The notes under the pieces are model-generated. The model saw only the letters and a list, made by a program, of their open reading frames with translations. It was not told where the DNA came from and made no database searches. 64,000 nt of DNA from positions 17,839 through 81,838 of the forward strand of contig PLLO01000001.1 of assembly GCA_003142255.1 (NCBI GenBank). Direction: 5' to 3'. This DNA comes from Bacteroidales bacterium. Its GTDB lineage: Bacteria; Bacteroidota; Bacteroidia; Bacteroidales; VadinHA17. Both the position numbers and the translations under genes were made by a program. Positions 19,425 to 29,291 of the stretch are shown one piece after another (the stretch's first letter is position 1; every line of letters begins with the position of its first letter).

Positions 19425-20390
19425 TTAAAATTTATATGATAATCCGACTCCTAATATTTCCTTGAACTGAATTTTTGAGCCGACAGATTCGCCGGCAACT
19501 ATTTTGCCGTCACCATTTTTATCAAACGGCACTTTGATTTTGTCATCATAAATAAGGTCAGTATTGAAACTGGCGGAAATAAATTTGTTGATTTTCATTG
19601 CAATCAGGGTTTCCCAGTTCACAACGATATTCTGGGGATTTTTCAGATAGTTGGAGAACAGGTCTATCTTGGTAGTAAAAGAGACGTTTTTCATGAATTC
19701 ACTTTTGAAATCGCTCTTAGAATATATTACTCTTATATATGCGCCAAATTCGCTCAATGACTTTTCTCCTGGTTTTACCCCGAATGCGCCTGAATCAGAA
19801 AGTGCTTTATCGGTGACGTAAGTAAATTTTACTGTCGCCGGTGCTATGAATGCACTGAAATAAGCATTTGGTTTATAATCCATTCCAAGGGCGAGTAAAA
19901 GGTACGCCGGAGAAAACAGATTTGAAATTTTTGCCTTTGTAGAATCATTGATATAATTATAGCCAGGGGCCATCTGGGTCTTAAAGTTCAGAAGGGCAGC
20001 ATAATAAACATTTTTAAAGGCCTCTCGTCCGTATTTTGATAAAAAGTCAAATTTATCATCAGTTTTCCTGAAGGGAGTATTCTTCCCTTGTTTTAAAAGA
20101 CCATAACCAATGTCCAATGAATTATCCCAGCGGGATTTGCCTTTTTTAAGATTGGCAAAAACGCTGAAGATCCCGTTTACAGCAACAGAATTCTGTCCCC
20201 CTGCAGCCCAGTTGGTCAGGGATGTCTGTGCCAGGTTGACAGCAAAAATTCCGCCTTTTTTCCAACCCTGGGTGGTGTCGGATGTTACTGTCCGTAAGTT
20301 TTTTTCGCCTTCTATTACCTGGCCTGACAACATGATGCCGGACATTGCAGATACAAGGATTATGGTAATGAATTTTCTTTTCATGATCAT
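19425..20390 (-). CDS. DUF3078 family outer-membrane beta-barrel protein
   Basis: Signal peptide; NWAAGG; C-terminal QFKEILGVGLSYKF ending in Phe; adjacent to mscL. Confidence 0.85.
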   Translation of the reverse strand: MIMKRKFITIILVSAMSGIMLSGQVIEGEKNLRTVTSDTTQGWKKGGIFAVNLAQTSLTNWAAGGQNSVAVNGIFSVFANLKKGKSRWDNSLDIGYGLLKQGKNTPFRKTDDKFDFLSKYGREAFKNVYYAALLNFKTQMAPGYNYINDSTKAKISNLFSPAYLLLALGMDYKPNAYFSAFIAPATVKFTYVTDKALSDSGAFGVKPGEKSLSEFGAYIRVIYSKSDFKSEFMKNVSFTTKIDLFSNYLKNPQNIVVNWETLIAMKINKFISASFNTDLIYDDKIKVPFDKNGDGKIVAGESVGSKIQFKEILGVGLSYKF

Positions 20391-20478
20391 TGATATTTTG
20401 TTTTATACATCTTATTAAAACCAATGCAGCCACGCATTGCATGGCTGAATTAGTATTAAAAGCAGTAAGTAAAGATTT

Positions 20479-20814
20479 TTATTTCTTTATATCTTTAATT
20501 TCGGCTTTTGCTGCATTTCTTTTTACCGAATCAACGCCATTATCGCGGCCGTTTTCGCTTTTATAATTCTGGCTTACGCCGATTATCTGGCTGTTGGCAG
20601 CGGTAACGGCAAAGCGGAACATCTTATTTGGAGTCTTTGTTTTGGTGACTTTTTTAGGATCTTTTGCATTTTTCTTAACGGATTCAATTCCGTTGACACA
20701 AGAAGCCCTTGTTGTGTAGCCTTCACTGCTAAGGATAGTCTGTCCGTTATCAGCTTTCAGGCGAAAACGGAATTCATTTTTCTTTCCACTCTGGTAAACT
20801 TCAAACTTTGCCAT
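20479..20814 (-). CDS. YegP family protein (tandem DUF1508)
   Basis: Two repeats: FRFRLKADNGQTILSSEGY...GIESVKKNA and FRFAVTAANSQIIGVSQNY...GVDSVKRNA. Confidence 0.9.
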   Translation of the reverse strand: MAKFEVYQSGKKNEFRFRLKADNGQTILSSEGYTTRASCVNGIESVKKNAKDPKKVTKTKTPNKMFRFAVTAANSQIIGVSQNYKSENGRDNGVDSVKRNAAKAEIKDIKK

Positions 20815-20876
20815 CTTTTTAAAATTAGGTTTATAAATCGAAATATCAATTTCTGATAAGCACCGGTTTATTTACT

Positions 20877-20884
20877 CAAAGATA
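20877..20884 (-). promoter_or_regulatory. -7 promoter element upstream of the YegP gene
   Basis: TATCTTTG on the minus strand. Confidence 0.55.
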
Positions 20885-21095
20885 GGAAACATTTCCCCAC
20901 ATATTTTTTTGTTAGTTTATATTTATTCCGGAATACATTTTAGAAATCTTATGCCTGGAATTTTTACTTTAAAGGGGAATAATCAATTAGTTACAATGCT
21001 GAAAAAATATTTATATTACATGGTTCAGCAGTTGCAAATAATCAAATAAATTGCACCACGCATAATTGTTTAATTTTGTTTAGAATATTCATATT

Positions 21096-21308
21096 ATGGG
21101 CAGGAAAGCAGCATTTACAGCACTGATCAATGGCGGATATGCCTGCAGTGGAGACAGCATAATATTAAGAAGCGCTATTTTTGACGGGGAACCCGTAAGC
21201 GGCACTCAGGTAAAAATCGCGCTGAAGACCATGAGCCCTGTTGTAAAGGTTCTTACCAGTGCAACATTCCTGCGCGGCGTCATGGGGATACTGAAAAAAG
21301 TTATTTGA
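21096..21308 (+). pseudogene. Internally deleted DUF853 (YjgR/HerA-like ATPase) remnant: N- and C-termini fused in frame
   Basis: First ~46 aa (GYACSGDSIILRSAIFDGEPVSGTQVKIALKTM) resemble the Bacteroidota DUF853 N-terminus up to just before the P-loop; last ~24 aa (VVKVLTSATFLRGVMGILKKVI) resemble its C-terminus. Recognised from memory. Confidence 0.7.
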
Positions 21309-21312
21309 TACT

Positions 21313-21735
21313 CTAGCGCCTTAACTTAATACTATCCACAAGATATGGAGAGTCTCCCCTAAAGAAGATTGCCCCTTTTTTTTGCTTGTAATGAATAATT
21401 ATGTTTTCGCCCTGGAGAGTGTCAAATTCTCTTATGAGGTTCTTATTGGTAACAGTAAAGAGAAATTTTTCCGATGCCAGTGTAACATCCCTGGTCGATG
21501 AAACACTGCTGAGGACCATTTCGCCTTCATAGGTTTTGACGAAAACTCCCTTATGTGAAAACTTCTGCAGCAGACCTGCTCTGTAACCTTCGCTGTAAGT
21601 AAAGAAATATTTGAAGTAAACAAAGACAGCCAGGAAAACCAGCAAAAGTGTAAGGACCCATCTGAAAAATTTCCTGATTTTTTTTAATACACCGCCATGG
21701 GCTTCAGGATTTTTAGGATTCTCTATTGTACTCAT
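21313..21735 (-). CDS. Conserved single-pass membrane protein of unknown function
   Basis: One TM helix then YSEGYRAGLLQKFSHKG...KTYEGEM; TATCTTTG promoter motif at 21760-21767. Confidence 0.75.
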   Translation of the reverse strand: MSTIENPKNPEAHGGVLKKIRKFFRWVLTLLLVFLAVFVYFKYFFTYSEGYRAGLLQKFSHKGVFVKTYEGEMVLSSVSSTRDVTLASEKFLFTVTNKNLIREFDTLQGENIIIHYKQKKGAIFFRGDSPYLVDSIKLRR

Positions 21736-21893
21736 TTTAGTTCATTATTAATAGTTCGGCAAAGATACTAAGAGCCTTAATGAAAATGAAATTATAAAAT
21801 CTGAAGCTTGTTATTTTCAGACTACTTTTTGCTTGTCTACCCCTCTCGCATTCTCGCCCTCTTCCCCTCCTTATTTAGCCTCCGACATCTTTA

Positions 21894-23417
21894 TCACTTA
21901 TATGAAGTCGTGAACTTTCTGCCGTCTTCTTTGCAAATCTTCTTCATAAGCTTTCTGCCGGACATGACGCCTGTAGGCAATCCACCACCGGGTTCGACCC
22001 ACTGACCGCACATATAAAAATCATTCAGTCCGGGCAATGTCTGAGACATTGGCTTCATCATTACATTTGCATTCATGGGTGTAATAAGCCATCCTTCGAA
22101 GCTCCCTTTCCAGTTTCCGGTATATCGTTCAAAGGTCATCGGTGTGGCTATATTTATCATTTCAACCAGTGATGAGATCCCCGGAAATCTCTGTTCAAGA
22201 AGTTCCTGGATTTGCTTGCCGACCTCCTCTTTCTTCCTGTTGTATGCATCTTTATCTTCGGAAAGTTTCTTCCAGTAGGTATAATCAGATGGCAGCATTA
22301 CTGTCATCACTGTCTTTCCGACGGGAGCAAGCGATTTGTCCTGGTTATAAATATGGACAGATAATCTATTTATTGTGGCATCTGCAACCACAGTTGGCTT
22401 TTCAAGCTGATATGAGAAACCGGAAACGGTTTCCGGTTCATCATCGAAAGACCGGTTAACGCCAAAACCCGCGAAGATAAGAGATGGGAACGTGGCCCAT
22501 TTTTCATAAGGCTCGTGTGTCCTGGCATCGGCATATTTATCATCGAGCATTTTATAAATTGTGTTGTACCCGTCTGCTGCGGAGACAACTCTTGAAGCAT
22601 GGAATTCTGATCCGTCACTTAGCCTTATCCCTGTCGCCTTGTAATTTTCTGTAAGGATCTTCTCAACTTTTTTATCATAATTAATAACACCTCCCAGCGC
22701 AGTATATCTTGCTTCAAGGGCTCTCGACATTGGCATTGATCCCCCTAAAGGATAACCGGCGTTTTTCTTATGCAGATAGGCAAAAGTAAAGAGCATGAAC
22801 AGCATCGAAAAATCAGGGAGCCACAACTCGTTAATGGCATCTTTAAGCATCGGGTCACTTAACCGGGCAGTGAATTCCTGGGGAGTTGTTTTCCCCCATT
22901 TCTTAAATTGTTTCCCATTTGTAATGAAGGTATACATAACCCGGATTGAATTGCCGATCTTCTTCAGAAAGGGAGTATCAGAAGAAGGCTGATCGAAATT
23001 GAGCGCAAACCTGATCCCATTTGTAAATTCCAGTATCGGTTCCCTATCCTTTGGAGATAAATCAAGAAGTTCCTTTTCAAGCCGGTCGACGTCAGAATAA
23101 AAAATTATCTTTCTTCCTTCGGGACCTTCATACCTCATATATTCGTCAGAATATACAAACTCTCTGCCCTGTACAATTCCTACCTCTTTCCAGTAATCAT
23201 TCATGGCGCTTCCGGGTGCTGAACCCACCAGCCAGTGTATGCAGCCATCAATAATGAAACCATTTCGTTTCCATGAGGTACAAAGCCCTCCGGGTTTGTT
23301 ATGCATTTCGAAGATCTGCGTCTTGTAACCATTCATCTGTGCATAAATGCCGGCCGAAAGACCTGCGAATCCTGCTCCGATTATGATAATTGAATTATCT
23401 CTTCCGTTTGCTTCCAT
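21894..23417 (-). CDS. FAD-dependent oxidoreductase, phytoene dehydrogenase-like (COG1233)
   Basis: IIIGAGFAG; EMHNKPGGLCTSWKR; ATPMTFERYT; FYMCGQWVEPGGGLP; TAAATTTG promoter motif at 23441-23448. Confidence 0.85.
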   Translation of the reverse strand: MEANGRDNSIIIIGAGFAGLSAGIYAQMNGYKTQIFEMHNKPGGLCTSWKRNGFIIDGCIHWLVGSAPGSAMNDYWKEVGIVQGREFVYSDEYMRYEGPEGRKIIFYSDVDRLEKELLDLSPKDREPILEFTNGIRFALNFDQPSSDTPFLKKIGNSIRVMYTFITNGKQFKKWGKTTPQEFTARLSDPMLKDAINELWLPDFSMLFMLFTFAYLHKKNAGYPLGGSMPMSRALEARYTALGGVINYDKKVEKILTENYKATGIRLSDGSEFHASRVVSAADGYNTIYKMLDDKYADARTHEPYEKWATFPSLIFAGFGVNRSFDDEPETVSGFSYQLEKPTVVADATINRLSVHIYNQDKSLAPVGKTVMTVMLPSDYTYWKKLSEDKDAYNRKKEEVGKQIQELLEQRFPGISSLVEMINIATPMTFERYTGNWKGSFEGWLITPMNANVMMKPMSQTLPGLNDFYMCGQWVEPGGGLPTGVMSGRKLMKKICKEDGRKFTTSYK

Positions 23418-23509
23418 AATTCCAGTTTTGGTTTAAACAACAAATTTACATCACATTGCCGTGAGTGAAAACTAAAAAAGGTGAACAGACACCGGTTCCC
23501 GGTCACCGG

Positions 23510-24037
23510 TTAACGCTTACCGGCCAAATATGATTTCAATTCCTCTGCCCAGCTTCTTATTTCATTCCAGTTACGATGATCACCCTCTTTCCAGACACCT
23601 GTCCAGACACTTATGCGGAATTTTATTTTCCCGCCCAGAGATTCCAGCTGGCTTATATCAAGCTTTCCTGCAAAGATTCCCTCCTTAACCGGTCTGGCAA
23701 TTTTCCTTACTGGGGACATCCACTCTGAAACTCCCTGCCTGTATTTTTCGGCATTCGGCATTGCCATGGTCATGCAAACCTGGAAGGCAGCAAAAGGCTT
23801 CTTTGAGATCGACTCCCTGTTTGATTCGAGGAACTCCATTGCTTCGGGGAGCCATTTTGCTGCCCTGATTGCACTCCCGGCTATCACCGTATCGTATTGC
23901 TCAAGGTTTTTAACATCCTTCATTGGGAGCACATCAACATCTGTCCCGTTTTCGGAAAGAGTCTTTCCTATTGCATCAGCTACACCAGCAGTCGTCCCGG
24001 TACGCGAAGCATAGGTTACAAGGATTTTTTTATTCAT
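23510..24037 (-). CDS. Flavodoxin-domain protein (HemG/Flavodoxin_5-like)
   Basis: YASRTGTTAGVA FMN loop; GSAI; GDHRNWNEIRSWA. Confidence 0.85.
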   Translation of the reverse strand: MNKKILVTYASRTGTTAGVADAIGKTLSENGTDVDVLPMKDVKNLEQYDTVIAGSAIRAAKWLPEAMEFLESNRESISKKPFAAFQVCMTMAMPNAEKYRQGVSEWMSPVRKIARPVKEGIFAGKLDISQLESLGGKIKFRISVWTGVWKEGDHRNWNEIRSWAEELKSYLAGKR

Positions 24038-24761
24038 GGTCAGGTTTTATCTTGTTTTGATTATACCAGAATAGGGCTACGTCGGAATAAGGGTAGTTTT
24101 CTGTTTTGAAAAGCTTTGTATTGAAGAATTTTTTCTCTTCCATCTTCATGATATCCTCTTTGCTTTTCCAGAATCCAGAATTGTAGGCCGTTGCCAGGAA
24201 TTTTATTCTTGATTCTTCGTCCATCTGATCGGGGGCAAAGCGGTCTCTGCAAATTGCGAAAAAGGCAATTAAGTAATTCAGCTCAGTCTGCGGATTTTCC
24301 AGGTCAATTATTATTGCAGCACGGTAGTCATAGTCATATTTATAATATGATCTTCTTTTGAAAAGAAGCTTTGCTTTTTTACCCATTACTTCAGGTGCCT
24401 GGCTGCGGATCTTTTCCGCAAAGGAGGGTTTTATCTGAAAAACGCCTACTGAGAAGTCGGCATAATCATCTCCGAGGTTCCTGTAAAGAGTTTTCAGCAG
24501 CGTGATCTCCATCTTGTCGCGTATGGCTGAATAGCGGACAAGCTCCGGGAAGATTACCGCTACTGCTTCCCGGTAAGAGGTATTATATTTCTCAAGAGAT
24601 GGCTTTAACCAGGAATTGTTCTCTTCGAGGAATGTGACAGCCTTCTGCCAGTCGCTGCCAAAGATTTCACTATAGTTCAATGGCTGGGCAGAACATAGCC
24701 TCAGCAAAAATGTAGATATGACAAGAATAAGAAGATTTCTTGCTATTCTGGTTTCAGTCAC
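24030..24761 (-). CDS. Secreted hypothetical protein with lysozyme/lytic-transglycosylase-like motifs
   Basis: Signal peptide; FPELVRYS, SVGVFQIKPSFA, LATAYNSG. Confidence 0.6.
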   Translation of the reverse strand: MTETRIARNLLILVISTFLLRLCSAQPLNYSEIFGSDWQKAVTFLEENNSWLKPSLEKYNTSYREAVAVIFPELVRYSAIRDKMEITLLKTLYRNLGDDYADFSVGVFQIKPSFAEKIRSQAPEVMGKKAKLLFKRRSYYKYDYDYRAAIIIDLENPQTELNYLIAFFAICRDRFAPDQMDEESRIKFLATAYNSGFWKSKEDIMKMEEKKFFNTKLFKTENYPYSDVALFWYNQNKIKPDHE

Positions 24762-24789
24762 TATAATCCCGGATTAATGGTAATCTTGA

Positions 24790-25830
24790 TTACCAGGGAA
24801 TCTTGCACTGCATCATCGCATTTTTCTTTGGCGAATAATACATATATGCCAGGTAAACCTGTGAGCCGGTTTTCATCAGATGAGGATTAAATAAGTCGGT
24901 GTAGGTTGTACCGTCGCTTATAGTCATTGAGCCATAATTGTAAATAGCATATTTTGTATTTGCAGTGTTGATGAATATGTCAGTTGGCAAGGCATCCGAT
25001 TGTTTCAATGTAATAAGAGTCTTTCCTGTAAGGTCATTTACCCTGGTTAAAGAGATCTCAACTATATCGTCATATTTCGCATTAGCGTTAATAACTCCGT
25101 TCATGGCAGAGGTTAAACCCGTCAATGCACCCGGAACGTTTGATACAATCTTTGGAGAAATCCCTGAAGCGCCTCCGTTCTGCATTATTTTTTGCTGCAT
25201 CTGCTGGCTATACTGCATGGCGAGGTCCATTTTTTCCTGGTCTGTCTTTGCATTCTTTATTGCCGCATCCATTTTTTTACCTTCAGCTTCAGTCATGATG
25301 ACGTTATCGACCACCTGTGCAGCAAATTTATCTTTCGATTTAGTTATATAAAACGAATATATGGTTCCATAAGGCCCATACTGCTTTTCGCCGAAATTTA
25401 TCAGGTACTTTTCGCCCGATTTGCTGATATAGCCTTTATATCTTTTCATTAAAGACTCACTGGGGTCTTTATCGTTATTGTTCTCCTCAGAAACAGCCAG
25501 TCGGGGATCGCCATCTGATAAAGGGCCTGTGGTTATACCGTCTTTAACAATGTAATACTTCGTGGATAATTTATCATACATCAAAAGTGCACCGTCTTCC
25601 ATAGTGCTGATCTCAGCTTCCTTATAATCGATTTGCAGCTTGCCTCCGAGGCCAACAATCTGTTCTGCATCGCTGCATGCACATGCCGGTTCAGGATCGG
25701 TATTGCTTTTTTTAGTGCCCAGGAGTTCATCCTTCATAGAGTTTGTAACCTTTTTAAGTAACCCTTGTGCATTAATAGAAGCAGAGCCTATCAGGCATAG
25801 TATGAGCACTATGAATATTGACTTTTTCAT
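24790..25830 (-). CDS. Secreted hypothetical protein
   Basis: 346-aa ORF with a clear Sec signal peptide; no recognised domain. Confidence 0.7.
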   Translation of the reverse strand: MKKSIFIVLILCLIGSASINAQGLLKKVTNSMKDELLGTKKSNTDPEPACACSDAEQIVGLGGKLQIDYKEAEISTMEDGALLMYDKLSTKYYIVKDGITTGPLSDGDPRLAVSEENNNDKDPSESLMKRYKGYISKSGEKYLINFGEKQYGPYGTIYSFYITKSKDKFAAQVVDNVIMTEAEGKKMDAAIKNAKTDQEKMDLAMQYSQQMQQKIMQNGGASGISPKIVSNVPGALTGLTSAMNGVINANAKYDDIVEISLTRVNDLTGKTLITLKQSDALPTDIFINTANTKYAIYNYGSMTISDGTTYTDLFNPHLMKTGSQVYLAYMYYSPKKNAMMQCKIPW

Positions 25831-25898
25831 TCTATTGTGGTTTAGTATTATAAAAGTATGTAATTTTTCCTAAAGGGCATCATCAGAATCTATTCCGG

Positions 25899-26606
25899 TC
25901 AACTTGCCGCCCGTTTTTTAAGAATATTGAGATTCTGCGTGAAAATATCTGAGTCATAAAGAGGGTTATATTCCTGGTTAACCGTGATTTCGCCGGTCTG
26001 GTGATTAATGAATCCTTTAACAAACCTGTTTGAGAGCTGATAAATAATATCGCCATTCTCATTCCTGGAGGGTAGCATGACAGTAAGTACATTTTCAACA
26101 GCAAGACCCTTCAGCCCGTTTTTCTCGAGCTCTCCGGAATAGTGACGGAATATCTTTTCCGAAATGCATATTATTACTATATAATCACCAAATGATTTTC
26201 TTCCGTTATGTTTAATGAGAAGATCAAGCCTGTCGTGCGTGACCGGAAGGGCTGTTTTATAGAATGAGTCAGCAAACCGGAATCCCTCCCTGATTATATT
26301 CCTTGCATCGGCTTCCTCTTTTGTATAGTGGATATAAATCTTCGAATTTTTCTCGTCTTCAAGAAGAAATCCCATTGGCTTTTCTTCGAATAGCTTGTCG
26401 GTAAAAAAGGAACTGTAATGGCTTACTTTTTTTATTTCGGAAAGAAAGCGCATCATCTCCCCGGGACTCCAGCTCTGCTCTATACCTGAAAGACGCCTGA
26501 CTGTTGATTCAATGAACAGATTCTTTTTTGCAATCCGGATATTAAGAAAAATGATATATCCGAGCAGCAATATGATTGCAATGATTAAAAGTATCTCTAA
26601 TGTCAT
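25899..26606 (-). CDS. Membrane-anchored hypothetical protein (possible ADP-ribosyltransferase-like fold)
   Basis: N-terminal TM helix; IYIHYTKEE..ARNIIREGF..FYKT..FGDYIVII. Confidence 0.6.
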   Translation of the reverse strand: MTLEILLIIAIILLLGYIIFLNIRIAKKNLFIESTVRRLSGIEQSWSPGEMMRFLSEIKKVSHYSSFFTDKLFEEKPMGFLLEDEKNSKIYIHYTKEEADARNIIREGFRFADSFYKTALPVTHDRLDLLIKHNGRKSFGDYIVIICISEKIFRHYSGELEKNGLKGLAVENVLTVMLPSRNENGDIIYQLSNRFVKGFINHQTGEITVNQEYNPLYDSDIFTQNLNILKKRAAS

Positions 26607-26868
26607 TTCATTTCAGATTATCAGCATTAAATAATGGTATCATCAAACAAGACAACCAACGAAAGAAGAACTTCTTCAACCTCTTTTTCCGGCAGAGAGG
26701 AATGCAAGTTACAAAAATTACAAGAACCAAAAGCTGTTCTGCAATCAATAACTAAAATTCATATTAATAAGAAGATGCCATTATCATGAAGCCTGGATTA
26801 ATTCAAGTCTCATCTTTATAAAATAATGTAATAATATTAAATAACTTAAATTTATTCATAAAAACATG

Positions 26869-26876
26869 TATTTTTG
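26869..26876 (+). promoter_or_regulatory. -7 promoter element for the proB operon
   Basis: TATTTTTG about 40 nt upstream of proB. Confidence 0.6.
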
Positions 26877-26914
26877 CAACAAATTATTTAAAGAACGGCT
26901 AAATAAGTAACAAG

Positions 26915-28015
26915 TTGAAAAACGTCAAACCGGAATTTAACAGGATTGCCATAAAGGTCGGCAGCAATGTTATAACTCAGAGCGACGGTTCTCTGAATAC
27001 AGGCAGGATGCTTCGTCTTGTTGAGGATATAGCAATACTAAGCAAACAGGGCATTGAGGTTATTTTGATATCTTCCGGAGCAGTGGCAGCCGGCAGGAAT
27101 GATGTGGCTCCTTCAAAGAGGACCAGCATCATTTCTGCAAGACAGATATGGGCTGCGACAGGCCAGGTGAAACTGATGGCAAATTACCAGTTTCTTTTCG
27201 GGAAATATGGCATTCCGGCAGGTCAGCTGCTGGCAACAAAAGAGGGCTTCAGGGACAGGCTTCATTATCTGAATATGAAAAACTGTCTTTCCGCAATGCT
27301 CGAGAACAAGGTCCTGCCGATCGTGAATGAGAACGATACAATCTCAATCACAGAACTGATGTTTACCGACAATGATGAATTATCTGGAATGATTTCATCA
27401 ATGATGGATTGCGGATCATTGATAATTTTATCAAATGTCGACGGTATCTATAAAGGGGTACCGGAAAATGACAGCTCAGAACTGATCAGGGAAATAGTTG
27501 GAGAATCTCAGGAGGCCATGAAGTATATATCGCCTTCCAGTTCAGGGTTCGGACGCGGAGGGATGCTGACAAAATATTCAATAGCCCGCGAAATGGCTTC
27601 CGAGGGTATCCATGTATATATTGCCAACGGTACGCGTGATTCAATTATTACCGATATTGTGAGAGGTAAAGAGGTGCCTTATACCCATTTTGCAGCTTCA
27701 ACAGTAAAGAAAAGCGGAGTAAAAAAATGGCTTTCCCATTCAAGAGAGTTCACAAAGGGTGGAGCATATATAAATAAAGGCGCTCAGGAGGCTTTGCTCG
27801 ACGATAAAGCTGTCAGCCTTCTTATGATAGGAGTAAGCAAAATTGAAGGATCCTTCAAGAAGGGCGATATAATCAGGATTCTTGATGAAAAAGGCAGGCA
27901 GATAGGTCTGGGGAAATCCCAGTACGATTCAAAAAAGGCTGAGCAATATATTGGAGAAAAAAGGAAAAAGCCGCTCATCCTTTATGATTATTTGCTGATA
28001 AATGATAAGCTCTGA
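26915..28015 (+). CDS. proB: Glutamate 5-kinase
   Basis: IKVGSNV, SSGAVAAG, NENDTIS, FTDNDELS, GRGGMLTK; C-terminal PUA domain; TTG start. Confidence 0.97.
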   Translation: MKNVKPEFNRIAIKVGSNVITQSDGSLNTGRMLRLVEDIAILSKQGIEVILISSGAVAAGRNDVAPSKRTSIISARQIWAATGQVKLMANYQFLFGKYGIPAGQLLATKEGFRDRLHYLNMKNCLSAMLENKVLPIVNENDTISITELMFTDNDELSGMISSMMDCGSLIILSNVDGIYKGVPENDSSELIREIVGESQEAMKYISPSSSGFGRGGMLTKYSIAREMASEGIHVYIANGTRDSIITDIVRGKEVPYTHFAASTVKKSGVKKWLSHSREFTKGGAYINKGAQEALLDDKAVSLLMIGVSKIEGSFKKGDIIRILDEKGRQIGLGKSQYDSKKAEQYIGEKRKKPLILYDYLLINDKL

Positions 28016-28031
28016 TTTTTTTACTTTTTAA

Positions 28032-29279
28032 ATGGACTGTACACCTTTATTCATAAATACGCTGCAGGCAAGCCGGGGACTTGTTAACCTTGAAAAGACA
28101 GTGATTGACCGGGTTCTTATGCTACTCGCAGAGATGACTGAAAACGAGATCCCCTTTCTTCTTTCCGAAAACGAGAAGGATCTGTCGCTTGCAGATAAGG
28201 ATGATCCAAGGTACGACCGGCTTCAGCTTACCGGAGACCGGATCAAAAGCATTGCTTCTGATATCCGCAGGATCTCAGGGTTGCCCTCGCCTCTCGGGAA
28301 AGTTATCTCAGAATATAAGAAAAGCAATGGGCTACTGATAACCCGCGTTACAGTTCCTTTTGGTGTCGTAGGGGCAATATACGAATCCCGCCCGAATGTG
28401 ACCTTTGATGTTTTTTCACTCTGCATAAAGTCGGGGAATGCCTGCATACTTAAAGGAGGAAGCGACGCCCGTAACACCAATATCGCTATTGTCAGCATTA
28501 TAAAGAGAGTACTTAATGAATGCGGGCTTGATGAAAATGTCATAACACTTCTTCCTCCAGGCAGGGAGGAAACAATCCAGCTTCTCAATGCCCGCAGATT
28601 TGTCGACCTTCTGGTACCACGGGGAAGCAAGGGACTGATAGATTATGTAAGGGAAAATTCTTCAGTACCGGTCATTGAGACCGGAGCAGGGATTTGCCAT
28701 ACCTACTTTGATGAATACGGAGATATTGAAAAGGGGCGAAACATTATCAATAATGCAAAAACCAGAAGGGTAAGCGTTTGTAATGCGCTCGACTGTTTAA
28801 TTGTTCACAAAAGCAGGCTGAATGATCTTCCTGACCTTCTGCAGCTTTGCGCAGAATCGGAAGTGGAAGTTTTTGCCGACAATGACACCTTTGGGGCACT
28901 GAATAATAAATACCCGGCTTCACTTTTGAAAAGAGCTGCAAAGGAATCTTTCGGCACGGAATTCCTTTCAAAAAAGATGGCATTGAAAACGGTAGCATCT
29001 CTTCAGGAAGCCCTTGATCATATTTCTGAATTTGGATCTGGTCACAGCGAAGCAATCATTTCAGAAAATGCCGGCATGATAGATACTTTCCTGAAGATGG
29101 TGGATGCTTCAGCTGTATATTCAAATGCATCGACAGCATTTACCGACGGAGCAGAATTCGGACTTGGCGCCGAGATAGGAATTTCAACACAAAAGCTTCA
29201 TGCCAGAGGTCCAATGGCTCTTGAAGAACTGACTACATATAAATGGATCATCAGGGGTGACGGTCAGATAAGACCCTGA
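28032..29279 (+). CDS. proA: Gamma-glutamyl phosphate reductase
   Basis: IYESRPNVT, SVCNALD, NASTAFTDG, AEIGISTQKLHARGPM. Confidence 0.97.
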   Translation: MDCTPLFINTLQASRGLVNLEKTVIDRVLMLLAEMTENEIPFLLSENEKDLSLADKDDPRYDRLQLTGDRIKSIASDIRRISGLPSPLGKVISEYKKSNGLLITRVTVPFGVVGAIYESRPNVTFDVFSLCIKSGNACILKGGSDARNTNIAIVSIIKRVLNECGLDENVITLLPPGREETIQLLNARRFVDLLVPRGSKGLIDYVRENSSVPVIETGAGICHTYFDEYGDIEKGRNIINNAKTRRVSVCNALDCLIVHKSRLNDLPDLLQLCAESEVEVFADNDTFGALNNKYPASLLKRAAKESFGTEFLSKKMALKTVASLQEALDHISEFGSGHSEAIISENAGMIDTFLKMVDASAVYSNASTAFTDGAEFGLGAEIGISTQKLHARGPMALEELTTYKWIIRGDGQIRP

Positions 29280-29291
29280 GTGTAAAAAAGA

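Noticed and set aside
21313-21735. An enzymatic (dehydrogenase) label sometimes attached to this family
   Set aside because: No Rossmann or catalytic motif in a 140-aa single-TM protein
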